A stretch of DNA of 64,000 nt from contig CBDCTZ010000014.1 of NCBI GenBank assembly GCA_965222375.1, forward strand, positions 1,216,001-1,280,000, read 5' to 3'. Position numbers and translations under genes: made by a program. The notes below the pieces were generated by a model that did not search any database, was not told where the DNA came from, and saw nothing but the letters and a program-made list of their open reading frames with translations. Numbering within the stretch: the stretch's first letter is position 1; each line of letters begins with the position of its first letter. Below, piece after piece: positions 18,874-27,899 of the stretch. Origin of the DNA: Polyangiaceae bacterium (GTDB taxonomy: Bacteria; Myxococcota_A; Polyangia; Polyangiales; Polyangiaceae).

Positions 18874-19863
18874 ATGTATTTCTGCCGGTCGCGTGGGCTG
18901 TCGTATCTCGTGGTTTCCGTCGTGCCCTTGTTGCTGGCGTGCTCGGGAGAGAAGTTCGGCGGCCCCGAGCCTTCGAGCGGCGCGGGTGCTTCGGGTGCCG
19001 CTGGCGCGGGCTTCGGTGGCCGTGCCGCGGGGGCTGGTGGGGCGCAGGGTGGTGGTGCTGGTTCCGCTTCTGGGGGCAGCGCGGGCGCGCTGACGGCGGG
19101 AGCTCCCGGCTCCGGAGGCAGTGGGGGCAGCTCCAGTGGATGCAGCAGCGCTGGTGATTGCGCCACAGGTGTGTGCGTATCAGGAGTCTGCGTTCACGCC
19201 GCGAACTGCAAGAAGATCCTGGATGCCTCGGGTGCTCTTGCCGACGGCGTCTATTCCATCGATATCGATGCTGACGGTCCGCATGCGGCCATCGACGCGC
19301 AGTGCGACTTTTCCACTCAAGGTGGCGGTTGGACGCTGGTGTTGAATTACTTGCACCAGGGTGGCGGCAATCCAGAGCTGAGTGCTCTCGGAGATCGGCT
19401 TCCGATTCTGTCTCTAGGGGGCAAGCTCGGACACGACGAGAGCAAGCAGTCTGCGCACTGGGGCCATGCGGTGCCCGCGCTCCTGGCGCAGCTTCAGTTC
19501 AGCGAAACCCGTTGGCAAGCAGCGACCAGCGCGCACCCTCGAATCGTGCATTTCAGGAACACATCGCCCATGTTGGTCGCCTATCTACGCACGGGAAAAG
19601 GTGGAATTTGTAGCCAAGCCAGCGAAGTGTTCGGCGCCACTCATTCGTTCCTCTTGCCCGACCACAGTGCACGCATGCCTCAAGCAACCACGTCGCTGAC
19701 CTTGGGTAATTGTGACAAGGGCGATGCAGCACTGACCGAGTTTCCCTTTTTCTCCAAAGCTGAGGCCCATTGGGGGATCCGAGGTGAAAGCGGTCGCTGG
19801 GAAGCCGACGATAGCTTGGCGGGTGCTGGCAACGACACGCTTCATCGGGTTTGGGTGCGTTAG
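18874..19863 (+). CDS. Fibrinogen-like domain lipoprotein
   Basis: LLLAC lipobox. NCKKIL...DGVYSID...QCDFSTQGGGWTLV. Confidence 0.75.
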   Translation: MYFCRSRGLSYLVVSVVPLLLACSGEKFGGPEPSSGAGASGAAGAGFGGRAAGAGGAQGGGAGSASGGSAGALTAGAPGSGGSGGSSSGCSSAGDCATGVCVSGVCVHAANCKKILDASGALADGVYSIDIDADGPHAAIDAQCDFSTQGGGWTLVLNYLHQGGGNPELSALGDRLPILSLGGKLGHDESKQSAHWGHAVPALLAQLQFSETRWQAATSAHPRIVHFRNTSPMLVAYLRTGKGGICSQASEVFGATHSFLLPDHSARMPQATTSLTLGNCDKGDAALTEFPFFSKAEAHWGIRGESGRWEADDSLAGAGNDTLHRVWVR

Positions 19864-19865
19864 TG

Positions 19866-20354
19866 TCACTCCACGCTGACAACATCGTACTCATCTGTGC
19901 GGTCGTTCACTTCGACGTCGATGTTGTCTCCAGCGACCGCACCAATCAGTGCGCCACCGAGCGGTGAAGCCGGGGTGACGACGCGGACCTTTCGACCCCG
20001 ATGCTGCACCGCGATTCCCGCGCCCGCGGGCAAGAGAAACACGACTCGGGTGGCATGCCCTGCGCGCAGTGTGACGAGGGCGCCCACGGCGATGGGTGAA
20101 CCCTTCGAGAAGTCCGCGCACTCGACTTGCTGGATTCGCAAGTGAGCCGTTTCGAGTTCCGCCACGCGCATGGCCTGGCCCCGCGCTAGGTAGGAAGCTT
20201 CGGTTGCGCGCATGTCCTTGTCGCCCTCGGCGCGGTTGTCCTCGTGCACGGCGCCCTCCTGGGACGCGCGTTGAGCGGCAACCAGAGTGCGGAGTTCTTC
20301 GGCCAGCTGCTCCGCGATCTGGCTGAGCAGGGCTCGCTTTTCGGCGACGCTCAT
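19866..20354 (-). CDS. GreA/GreB family elongation-factor-like protein
   Basis: EASYLARGQAMRV and C-terminal VVTPASPLGGALIG. Start placed at MSVAEK. Confidence 0.8.
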   Translation of the reverse strand: MSVAEKRALLSQIAEQLAEELRTLVAAQRASQEGAVHEDNRAEGDKDMRATEASYLARGQAMRVAELETAHLRIQQVECADFSKGSPIAVGALVTLRAGHATRVVFLLPAGAGIAVQHRGRKVRVVTPASPLGGALIGAVAGDNIDVEVNDRTDEYDVVSVE

Positions 20355-20442
20355 GGGATCTTTCGACACGATGCCGCAGCCAAATACGCCTGGCTTGCTA
20401 TTTCTGCTGGCGTGCGGCCGGCCGGCCGGTATAGTTCCCCCC

Positions 20443-21687
20443 ATGCGGGCGGTAACCTGGCTCTCGGCGGCCTTGATCAGCGTGGCTTGTGGCTCCAGCG
20501 ATGACTCAAAAGGGGGTGGCGGTGGCAGCGCCGGCGCTGCGGGAGGCGCGGGCGCTTCCGGTGCCTCGGGGAGCGGCGGCAGCACGGGCGGAGCGACCGC
20601 GACGGGAGGAAGTGCGGGCTCGGGCGGCTTGGCGGGCACAGCCGGTAGCGGTGGCAGTGCAGGGCTCGACGGTGGCGCGGGCCAAGCGGGAAGCGCGGGC
20701 GCCGACGGTGGTATCTCCGACGGAGGTGGTGTCGATGGCGGCAAGCTGACCGCCGCCGCGTGCTTTGCCAAACAGTTCGTCAACTCGCAAACGCTGGGTC
20801 CCGACTACGATCAATTCAATCCCGTGATCGGATCCCATTGCAACGGCACGAACCACCAGAAGATCCAAGGCATCCAACGCGTGGTCTTCCTCGGAGATTC
20901 GATCACGGTCGGCACGCCGCCGACCAACATCAACCCGGCCGCCGTCTACAGAGCGATCGTGTCGAAGTCCCTGGCGCCGAAGTTGGGCGTGAAGGCCGCG
21001 GGCTTTGGCTGGGGCGGGGCCGATCCCTTTAGCGGGACCGCGTTCCCCAAAGAGTCCGGAGACTTCGTGAGCTGCTCCAAATGGGGGGCACGCACCGACG
21101 ACTTGATGAAAGACGGCAATCAGGTCGTGGACTGCATTCCTCCCAACAAACGACACTTGAAACACCTGGTAATCATGACCATGGGGGGCAATGACATCGC
21201 CGCGATCACCAAGGATGGTGGCGGCAGCAGTCCCTCCAAGACGATTCCTCAGCTGTGGCAAGACACCAAAGACTTCGTCAAACACCTCCGTGATGCGGTG
21301 GAGTGGATGAAGAACCCCGCCAACGTGCCCGGTGGCGTGGACGTGGTCTTCGCCAACATGTACGAGTTTACGGATGGCACTGGCGCGACCAATTCTTGCG
21401 TGACCGCGAGCCTTGGCGGCATCGAGCCTTGGAAAGATGTGAAACCCCTCACCGACATGGTGATTTGGGCGAACGAGCAGTACATGAAGATCGCGGTCGA
21501 TACCCAGTCGGATATGGTCTTCGCCCTGGAGGCGTTTTGCGGCCACGGCTACAAGCGGGATGACCCCACGGGGCCCTGCTATCGGGGACCGGGCCAACCC
21601 CTCTGGTTCGACGTCACTTGCATTCACCCGAGCAACGCGGGTCACGTGGCCATGGCGAGCCTGTTCGATACCACCGTCTCCGAGTGA
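20443..21687 (+). CDS. SGNH/GDSL hydrolase lipoprotein
   Basis: VFLGDSIT, TMGGND, DVTCIHPSNAGH. SVAC lipobox. Confidence 0.85.
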   Translation: MRAVTWLSAALISVACGSSDDSKGGGGGSAGAAGGAGASGASGSGGSTGGATATGGSAGSGGLAGTAGSGGSAGLDGGAGQAGSAGADGGISDGGGVDGGKLTAAACFAKQFVNSQTLGPDYDQFNPVIGSHCNGTNHQKIQGIQRVVFLGDSITVGTPPTNINPAAVYRAIVSKSLAPKLGVKAAGFGWGGADPFSGTAFPKESGDFVSCSKWGARTDDLMKDGNQVVDCIPPNKRHLKHLVIMTMGGNDIAAITKDGGGSSPSKTIPQLWQDTKDFVKHLRDAVEWMKNPANVPGGVDVVFANMYEFTDGTGATNSCVTASLGGIEPWKDVKPLTDMVIWANEQYMKIAVDTQSDMVFALEAFCGHGYKRDDPTGPCYRGPGQPLWFDVTCIHPSNAGHVAMASLFDTTVSE

Positions 21688-21690
21688 TCG

Positions 21691-23322
21691 TCAGTCCGTG
21701 GAGGGCGTCGGTTCCATCCGTTCGGAGAAGTTGACGGTTAGCGCGGTAGGCGGTGAGGCACTGGACGTCGCGCCGGCCTCCAATTCCGGCCGCTGTCGCC
21801 ACCAGTCTCGGGCGTGCTGCTCGGTCCAGCGCGGGGTGGCGCACTGCGCAAGTGCGAGGCGAAGCGCCGTGGCGCTTTCGGGGCGCTGCTTCGGGTCCTT
21901 GGCCAGACACTTCATGATGAGCTCCTCCAGGACCGGATCCGGCGACGTTTCGAGTCTCTCGGTTGGGCGCATCGGCCGCTCGTGCAGATGCGCAGCGCAC
22001 ACCTCCATGACACTGTCCGCGCTGAACACCGGTGAGCCAGTGAGCAGGAAGTAGCCCACCGCTCCGAGGGAATAGAGGTCGCTGCTCGGCCCCGCTGCTT
22101 GCGGATCCTTGATGACCTCGGGTGCCATGTACAACGGCGTGCCCAGCAGGGTGTTGACCACGCTCAGCTTCTCGTCGCCAGGCGCGTTCGCCGTGTCGGC
22201 GTCCTTGACCAGCCCGAAGTCCACGACCTTCGCTGTATCCGGGATGCCGCCTCGCTCGCATAAGACGATGTTGGCGGGCTTGATGTCCCGGTGCACCAAA
22301 CCAATCCCGTGCGCTTCCGCGAGAGAACCACACACCTGCTCCAGAATGTGCACGACTCGGGAGTCTTTTTGGGCGCCATCGCCCTCGACGAGTTGCTCCA
22401 GATCCACGCCGTCGAGAAGCTCCATGGCGTAGTAGAAGACTCCGTCTGGCGTGTGGCCGTAGTCGAATACCGCCACGGTGTTCGGATGCGTCAGCTTTGC
22501 GGTCAGCCGTACCTCTCTCTCGAAGCGAGACAGGGCGGCGCGCCCGGCGCGCTCTGGGGGCAGCAACTTGATCGCAGTGGGGCGCCTCAGTAGGGCGTGC
22601 CGCGCCCGATAGACCACTCCCATGCCGCCCTGGCCGATCTTGTCGAGAAGCTCGTACTGGCCCAGGCGCTGCGCTTTCGCGGCCTGTTCGCGCAGGCCGT
22701 AGATCACCTTGGAGGCGATCGTTGCCATGGCGACGATGACGCTGCCCCACAACACGACGTTCACGGGCGCAAGCACGTAGGCGACTGCCACCTCGGATTG
22801 GAGGGTGGGCCCCGTGTGCAGCGACACGACCAGTGCGGGGACACAGCAGAGCGAGGTCACGAAGAGGGTCTGTTTCCAACTGCTCGGCACCAACACGCTA
22901 CGCAGCACCAGGAGCGACATGAGGATGAGCATCATCAACAGATCCGGACGCGTGTTGCCCGTCAGGATCGAGTAGTGGGCCATCACCCCGTAGCCCGTGG
23001 AGATGCCCACGTTGGCAGCGGCGTCCCAAAACACGATGGCGCGCGCGCTGGGCATGCCGGAGCGCAGTCCGAGCCAAAGCGCCGCCGAGGCGACTAGCGC
23101 GCCTACGTGCCAAACCACCCAAGGCTCCGTGAGAGCGTCTTGCCCAGTGTAGTTCGGCACCAGCGCCGTGCTCGCAGCGGATCCGACGAACAGGAAAAAC
23201 GAAGAAATGTAGGTGGCCACCCGGCCAAAGGCGCTCAGCCGCTTTTGCAGGAACTCGCGGCCTTCTTCGGTGTCCAGCGCAACGGCCATGGAGCCGAAGC
23301 CGGAACCCTGCGAACTCCCCAT
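21691..23322 (-). CDS. Membrane-anchored Ser/Thr protein kinase (N-terminal TM region)
   Basis: IGQGGMGVVY, AIK, HRDIKPAN, DFG, GTPLYMAPE. About 6 N-terminal TM helices. Confidence 0.92.
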   Translation of the reverse strand: MGSSQGSGFGSMAVALDTEEGREFLQKRLSAFGRVATYISSFFLFVGSAASTALVPNYTGQDALTEPWVVWHVGALVASAALWLGLRSGMPSARAIVFWDAAANVGISTGYGVMAHYSILTGNTRPDLLMMLILMSLLVLRSVLVPSSWKQTLFVTSLCCVPALVVSLHTGPTLQSEVAVAYVLAPVNVVLWGSVIVAMATIASKVIYGLREQAAKAQRLGQYELLDKIGQGGMGVVYRARHALLRRPTAIKLLPPERAGRAALSRFEREVRLTAKLTHPNTVAVFDYGHTPDGVFYYAMELLDGVDLEQLVEGDGAQKDSRVVHILEQVCGSLAEAHGIGLVHRDIKPANIVLCERGGIPDTAKVVDFGLVKDADTANAPGDEKLSVVNTLLGTPLYMAPEVIKDPQAAGPSSDLYSLGAVGYFLLTGSPVFSADSVMEVCAAHLHERPMRPTERLETSPDPVLEELIMKCLAKDPKQRPESATALRLALAQCATPRWTEQHARDWWRQRPELEAGATSSASPPTALTVNFSERMEPTPSTD

Positions 23323-23345
23323 GGCCGCGCAGTATACTCGTTTGC

Positions 23346-25550
23346 GTGGATGGGACAGACAAAGCTGGCGCCGGCGTAGTTCGCACGGCAACGCTGGCCG
23401 TCGGGCTGACCGTCGCCGCGCTCGTGGTGGCGAAGGCCTCTCGCGACGCGTTGTTCCTGACGACCTACGACGTGCGTCAGTTGCCCAACCTGATGGCAGC
23501 GGCTGCCGTTCTCTCTCTTGGGTCAGCGTTGCTCGCGGGGCGCGCGTTCGTTCGGCTGACGCCTGCTCGCGTCTTACCCACTCTGTTCGCAGTCAGCGGC
23601 GGGATGCATGGCATCGAGATCCTCTTGTTGCCCAGGATGCCGACCGTGGTGGCAGTGATGCTCTTCCTGCACATCGCCGCCTTCGGGGCGACTTCACTCG
23701 CCGGTGTTTGGGCGATTGTCAACGAGAGCTTCGACCCGCATCGGGCGAAACGGGCCGTTGCTCAGATCGCCCTTGGCGGGCCCGTCGGTGGTGTGGCGGG
23801 TGGCCTGCTCGGTCTCGCCCTCGCATACTGGGCGGGAGTCACTGCCGGCCTGTCCGTGCTCGTGCTCCTTTCCGCCAGTGCCGCATTCGTGGCGTACCGT
23901 ATGGGCGCGGCCGCCAAAGGCGGTGCGCGCCCGGTAGAGACGAAACGAGCGCCGGCTCCTAGCGGTGGCTACATCCGAGATCTGGGTGCCTTGGTCGCCT
24001 TGATAGCCATCGCAGGAGCCATCGCGGACTACTGGGTCAGCGCGCGCGCCGTCGAGGTGTTCAGTAGCGACGCTACGCTCATGTCCTTCTTCTCGGTTCT
24101 CCACATGGCGGTGGGCGTACTGGCCTTCCTGACCCAGGCCACGTTCGCGCGCACATCTTTGGAGAAGCTTGGGATTGCGGGCACGATCGGCATTCTACCC
24201 GGCGCGACCCTGGCACTATGTCTTGCTCCTTTCCTGACGCCGGCGCTATGGGCGGTAGTCGTGCTTCGGGGCGCCACCGGAACCCTAGCTGCGTCGCTCT
24301 ACCGAGCAGGCTACGAACTCCTGTACACGCCGCTGCCTGTGAAGCAGAAGCGCGCCGCCAAGTTGTTGGTCGATGTGGGTCTCGACCGAATCGGCACGGC
24401 TCTTGGCGCCGGATTGGTCAGCGTTTTGTTGATTTGGGCCCCGGGCGACGTGAGCCTGGCTACTGCGCTGGCCACGGCCTCGGTTTTGACCTTGGTGTTG
24501 TGCGTCAAACTACACACCGGTTACATCCGAGCCTTGGCCAGCAGCCTGAAGAGTGGTTCGGTTACTCTGGCCGGCTCGGACGTATTCGACTCTGCGACCC
24601 GCCGTACTCTTGCGGAGACCCAGGGCCTCAACCGCACCGAGCTACTCGCCGAAATCGAGCGGCGCCGGGCTGGGCAGCTAGACAGTGCCCCGCCCTCGGC
24701 GATGCCAAGCGTGCCGCCGCCCCCAGAAATGACTTTCGATGAGAGCATGATTGGGCTCCCGCGCACCGTGGAACTACTCCGCGGCACGACAGCCCAGGAA
24801 GATCCGGTGTTGGAGACCCTCACTCTGCTGCGCTCCGGTGGCGCAGCGGACATCCGCGCTCAGCTCGAACAACCCATCCAGCCAGAATGGGCGCCGCTGG
24901 TGATCGGGCTGTTGCGCCGCAAAGACGTCGCTCGCGCCGCAGTGAATGCGTTGCGGCGAGACGCACCACGTTACATCGGTCAGCTAGTGGATACGCTCCT
25001 TGATCCCGACCAAGACGAAGTCGTACGGCGTCGGGTTCCTCGGGTGCTGGAAAGAACTAGGGACGAGCGAGTGGTCGCCGGACTGGTCGAGGCACTTTTC
25101 GATTCGTCCATGCACGTGCGCACGCAATCTGGGCTCGCCTTGCTCGAACTCACGCGAAGGTTCCCGGACCTGCAGCTGCCGGAAGAACGCATTCTGGATT
25201 CGGTGCGCCGTGAACTCGATCGCGCCCGCGACGCCGAGCAAAGTGGAGCGCTCCAGCACGATCCAGAGCGTTGGGGCCAACAGGATCGCCGCCGCGTCGA
25301 ACAGGGCGTCGAGTTCTCCATGATTGCGCTCTCTCTCGTATTCGAGCGTGAGCCGCTGCAGTTGGCCTACAAGGCCCTGCAGGGCCAAGACGCGACCCTG
25401 CGAGGCACAGCACTGGAGTATTTCGAAACGGTGCTGCCCGACGACATCCGCCGTCGAAGCACAGGCTTCCTGCATTCAGTCGCGCCACGGGCCGAGCGCC
25501 GGCCCCGGGAGAAGCTCGTGGCGGAGTTGCTTCGAAGTCGCTCGGCGTGA
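23346..25550 (+). CDS. Npt/TLC-like MFS transporter fused to HEAT repeats
   Basis: KASRDALFL, YRAGYELLYTPLP...AKLLVDVGLDRIG. C-terminal HEAT-like repeats (RGTALEYFE). Confidence 0.75.
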   Translation: MDGTDKAGAGVVRTATLAVGLTVAALVVAKASRDALFLTTYDVRQLPNLMAAAAVLSLGSALLAGRAFVRLTPARVLPTLFAVSGGMHGIEILLLPRMPTVVAVMLFLHIAAFGATSLAGVWAIVNESFDPHRAKRAVAQIALGGPVGGVAGGLLGLALAYWAGVTAGLSVLVLLSASAAFVAYRMGAAAKGGARPVETKRAPAPSGGYIRDLGALVALIAIAGAIADYWVSARAVEVFSSDATLMSFFSVLHMAVGVLAFLTQATFARTSLEKLGIAGTIGILPGATLALCLAPFLTPALWAVVVLRGATGTLAASLYRAGYELLYTPLPVKQKRAAKLLVDVGLDRIGTALGAGLVSVLLIWAPGDVSLATALATASVLTLVLCVKLHTGYIRALASSLKSGSVTLAGSDVFDSATRRTLAETQGLNRTELLAEIERRRAGQLDSAPPSAMPSVPPPPEMTFDESMIGLPRTVELLRGTTAQEDPVLETLTLLRSGGAADIRAQLEQPIQPEWAPLVIGLLRRKDVARAAVNALRRDAPRYIGQLVDTLLDPDQDEVVRRRVPRVLERTRDERVVAGLVEALFDSSMHVRTQSGLALLELTRRFPDLQLPEERILDSVRRELDRARDAEQSGALQHDPERWGQQDRRRVEQGVEFSMIALSLVFEREPLQLAYKALQGQDATLRGTALEYFETVLPDDIRRRSTGFLHSVAPRAERRPREKLVAELLRSRSA

Positions 25551-25566
25551 GCGAGCTGGCGCTGGG

Positions 25567-25646
25567 CTACTGACACCGTACTGACAGTAGCGTCGCCGGC
25601 GAAAATGGCTGCTGACACCACCATGTCAGGAGGGTGTCAGTAGGTT
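25567..25646. promoter_or_regulatory. Candidate WYL/YafY regulator operator
   Basis: CTACTGACA-N6-TGACAGTAG (25567-25590), CTGACA-N6-TGTCAG (25612-25629) and an extra TGTCAG (25635-25640) upstream of the VOC gene. Confidence 0.6.
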
Positions 25647-25695
25647 TCTCTCGGTCGGAAGCAGTTCGCAGCCGACGGAAAAGAGGAAATCAGAG

Positions 25696-26043
25696 ATGAC
25701 ATATCCAGTGGTTTGGTTCGAAGTGCTCGGCAACGATGGGGACGCACTGCAGCGCTATTACGCAGAGCTCTTCAGCTGGAAGATCAATGCCGACAACCCA
25801 ATGCGATACGGCATGGTGGAGGCGGCCGGCAAGGGAGGCATTCCTGGTGGCATTGCCAAGAAGGATGCTGCTCAGAAACACAACGTGACCTTCTATGTCG
25901 GTACGAAAGACATCGACGCGACTCTAGGGCGTGCCGAGAAGCTGGGTGGAAAGACGCTGATGCCCAAGACGAAGTTGCCCGAAGTAACCCTGGCGATGTT
26001 CGCGGATCCTCAGGGCAACGTCATCGGGCTCGTTGAGCAGTGA
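25696..26043 (+). CDS. VOC/glyoxalase family protein
   Basis: VVWFEV...YYAELFSW...FADPQGNVIGL. AGAGGA RBS-like element upstream. Confidence 0.9.
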   Translation: MTYPVVWFEVLGNDGDALQRYYAELFSWKINADNPMRYGMVEAAGKGGIPGGIAKKDAAQKHNVTFYVGTKDIDATLGRAEKLGGKTLMPKTKLPEVTLAMFADPQGNVIGLVEQ

Positions 26044-26148
26044 CGAATTCGCGCAAGGAGCCGCGGCGAAATTGCCGCCGCGGCTCAGCTGCGCGAGGCG
26101 GCTTGCGCTCCGGGCGCCGTCTCGGCATGACCGTCCCAGGCTTTGAAC

Positions 26149-26850
26149 ATGCGCCGCGCGGACCGACTGTTTCAGATTATCCAGCTACTACGTCGCCGCC
26201 GGGTGACGACAGCCCAACAGCTCGCCGAGCGGCTGGAGGTTTCCGAACGGACCATCTATCGGGATGTGCGAGACTTGGTCGCAGCCGGCACACCCATCGA
26301 TGGCGAGGCGGGTGTCGGTTACACCCTGGGTAAGGGCTATGACCTGCCGCCGCTGATGTTCGATCGTGAAGAAATCGAGGCGCTTTCTCTCGGCGCTCGC
26401 ATCGTCGAGAGCTTCGCAGATGTAGAGTTGGCCCGCGCTGCCCGAACCGCGCTGTCGAAAGTGGAAAGCGTCCTGCCCGATTCCCTGAAGGGTCAGACGC
26501 AGCGCTCCCGATTGTTCTCCCCGGATCTGGGCCGCGGGCGTGCTTTGTCTCAGAGCTTGTTGCCGATTCGGACGGCGGTTAGCCAGCAGCGCAAGGTTCG
26601 TATTCGCTACGCACGCGCTGACGGGAAGCGCAGCATGCGCACGATTCGGCCCCTGGCGACCTTCTTCTGGGGCGCTTCCTGGACCGTCGCGGCCTACTGC
26701 GAGGTCAGGCAGGACTTTCGCAGCTTTCGACTCGACCGCATTGCGAAGCTCGAAGTGTTGACCCAGACCTTTGAGGCTGAAGCTGGCACGCGCCTCGAAG
26801 ATTTCTTGGCAGGGCTTGGCGGGGGCGCCGAGCGCCTACTCGAGCGCTGA
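26149..26850 (+). CDS. YafY family HTH-WYL transcriptional regulator
   Basis: MRRADRLFQIIQLL, VSERTIYRD, GEAGVGY, LPPLMF, RQDFRSFRLDRI. Confidence 0.92.
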   Translation: MRRADRLFQIIQLLRRRRVTTAQQLAERLEVSERTIYRDVRDLVAAGTPIDGEAGVGYTLGKGYDLPPLMFDREEIEALSLGARIVESFADVELARAARTALSKVESVLPDSLKGQTQRSRLFSPDLGRGRALSQSLLPIRTAVSQQRKVRIRYARADGKRSMRTIRPLATFFWGASWTVAAYCEVRQDFRSFRLDRIAKLEVLTQTFEAEAGTRLEDFLAGLGGGAERLLER

Positions 26851-27066
26851 GCTGGGGGCCGCAGGGAATACGCGCTGCTCACCGATCTTCAGAAGAGCAA
26901 TGCGATCTGGACCGACGTTGCGTTGGCGCATGACCTGACGCAGCTGCCGGGGCGCATTGCCGACTTCGTTCCGGGAGTTGATGAACGTATCGAAATAGAT
27001 CGTCAGCATGTAGCGCGCGCCAAGGAGCTCGAAAGCCCGTACCGCCTCGTCCGGGCTGATGTGGTG
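26836..27066 (-). pseudogene. C-terminal remnant of an MBL-fold (NAPE-PLD/RomA-like) hydrolase
   Basis: HHISPDEAVRAFELLGARYMLTIYFDTF resembles HxxPxEA...PIHWGTF. No N-terminal HxHxDH part. Confidence 0.6.
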
Positions 27067-27229
27067 TTGTCGTCCCGGCGCAGAGGCCCACGGCGAGCAG
27101 TGCGAAACCGGCGTGGCGGGGACGGGGCACTGAGGGACTAGGCAGCAGCCGGGATCCCAAGGCAAACGCCCGGCTCTTGCCCGACGCTCTCGACGCTCGC
27201 GGCGGACTCGGATAGAAATGGAAAGGAGC

Positions 27230-27877
27230 ATGAGCCCGCAGAACCAGTCCCTGGCGTGCCCACGCTGCCGCGTGGCGCTTTTTGTTGGCAATCTGCCGAA
27301 CGGCTCCATGCACGGTTGCGGCCAATGCGGTGGAGTGTGGCTGGATAGCGCCTCCAGTCAGCGTCTGACGAATGCGCTATGTGATCACACCGTTTCATTG
27401 GCCGACAAGATCGGCCGCGCGGCGCCTGGGGCGCCCCAACAAGGGCCCGCCTATTGCCCGGTATGTCAGCAACAGCTGAACGTGACTCGGGTATCCCGCG
27501 CGCAGGTGGAAATCGACGTCTGCGGATCCCACGGCGCCTGGTTCGATCGGGACGAGTTGCAAACCGTCGCCCGGGCTTTTGCCGTCGATCGCGCCTATTC
27601 GGGGCCGAACCCCGCTGCAGTGGGCGTGGGAGCCGCCGCCGTGGGCGCGGGGGCCCTGGGCGCTGCGGCAGTGGCGCAGGATCCCAGCGTTGTGCAGCGC
27701 GCTCAGCGCGCCGTCGAGGAGCACGGAACGACCGCAGCAGAGGTTGGCGTGGAAGCGCTGGACTTCGTGGACGCTGGAGACGTTGCGGAGGGAGCGGGGA
27801 TCGCCGCGGAGGCAGCAGGTGGTATTGCCGAAGGTGCTTTCGAACTCCTGGGCGGGATCTTCAGTTCCCTGGGCTGA
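27230..27877 (+). CDS. Double zf-TFIIB-type zinc ribbon protein
   Basis: AGGAG RBS. CPRC...CGQCGGVWLD and CPVC...DVCGSHGAWFDRDEL. Confidence 0.8.
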   Translation: MSPQNQSLACPRCRVALFVGNLPNGSMHGCGQCGGVWLDSASSQRLTNALCDHTVSLADKIGRAAPGAPQQGPAYCPVCQQQLNVTRVSRAQVEIDVCGSHGAWFDRDELQTVARAFAVDRAYSGPNPAAVGVGAAAVGAGALGAAAVAQDPSVVQRAQRAVEEHGTTAAEVGVEALDFVDAGDVAEGAGIAAEAAGGIAEGAFELLGGIFSSLG

Positions 27878-27899
27878 GCCTCACGTAGCCAGCAAGCTG

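Noticed and set aside
18218..19166. Long Pro-rich ORFs here and at 41786, 49071, 60499 and 61084
   Set aside because: They are antisense shadows of Gly-rich linker genes in high-GC DNA.
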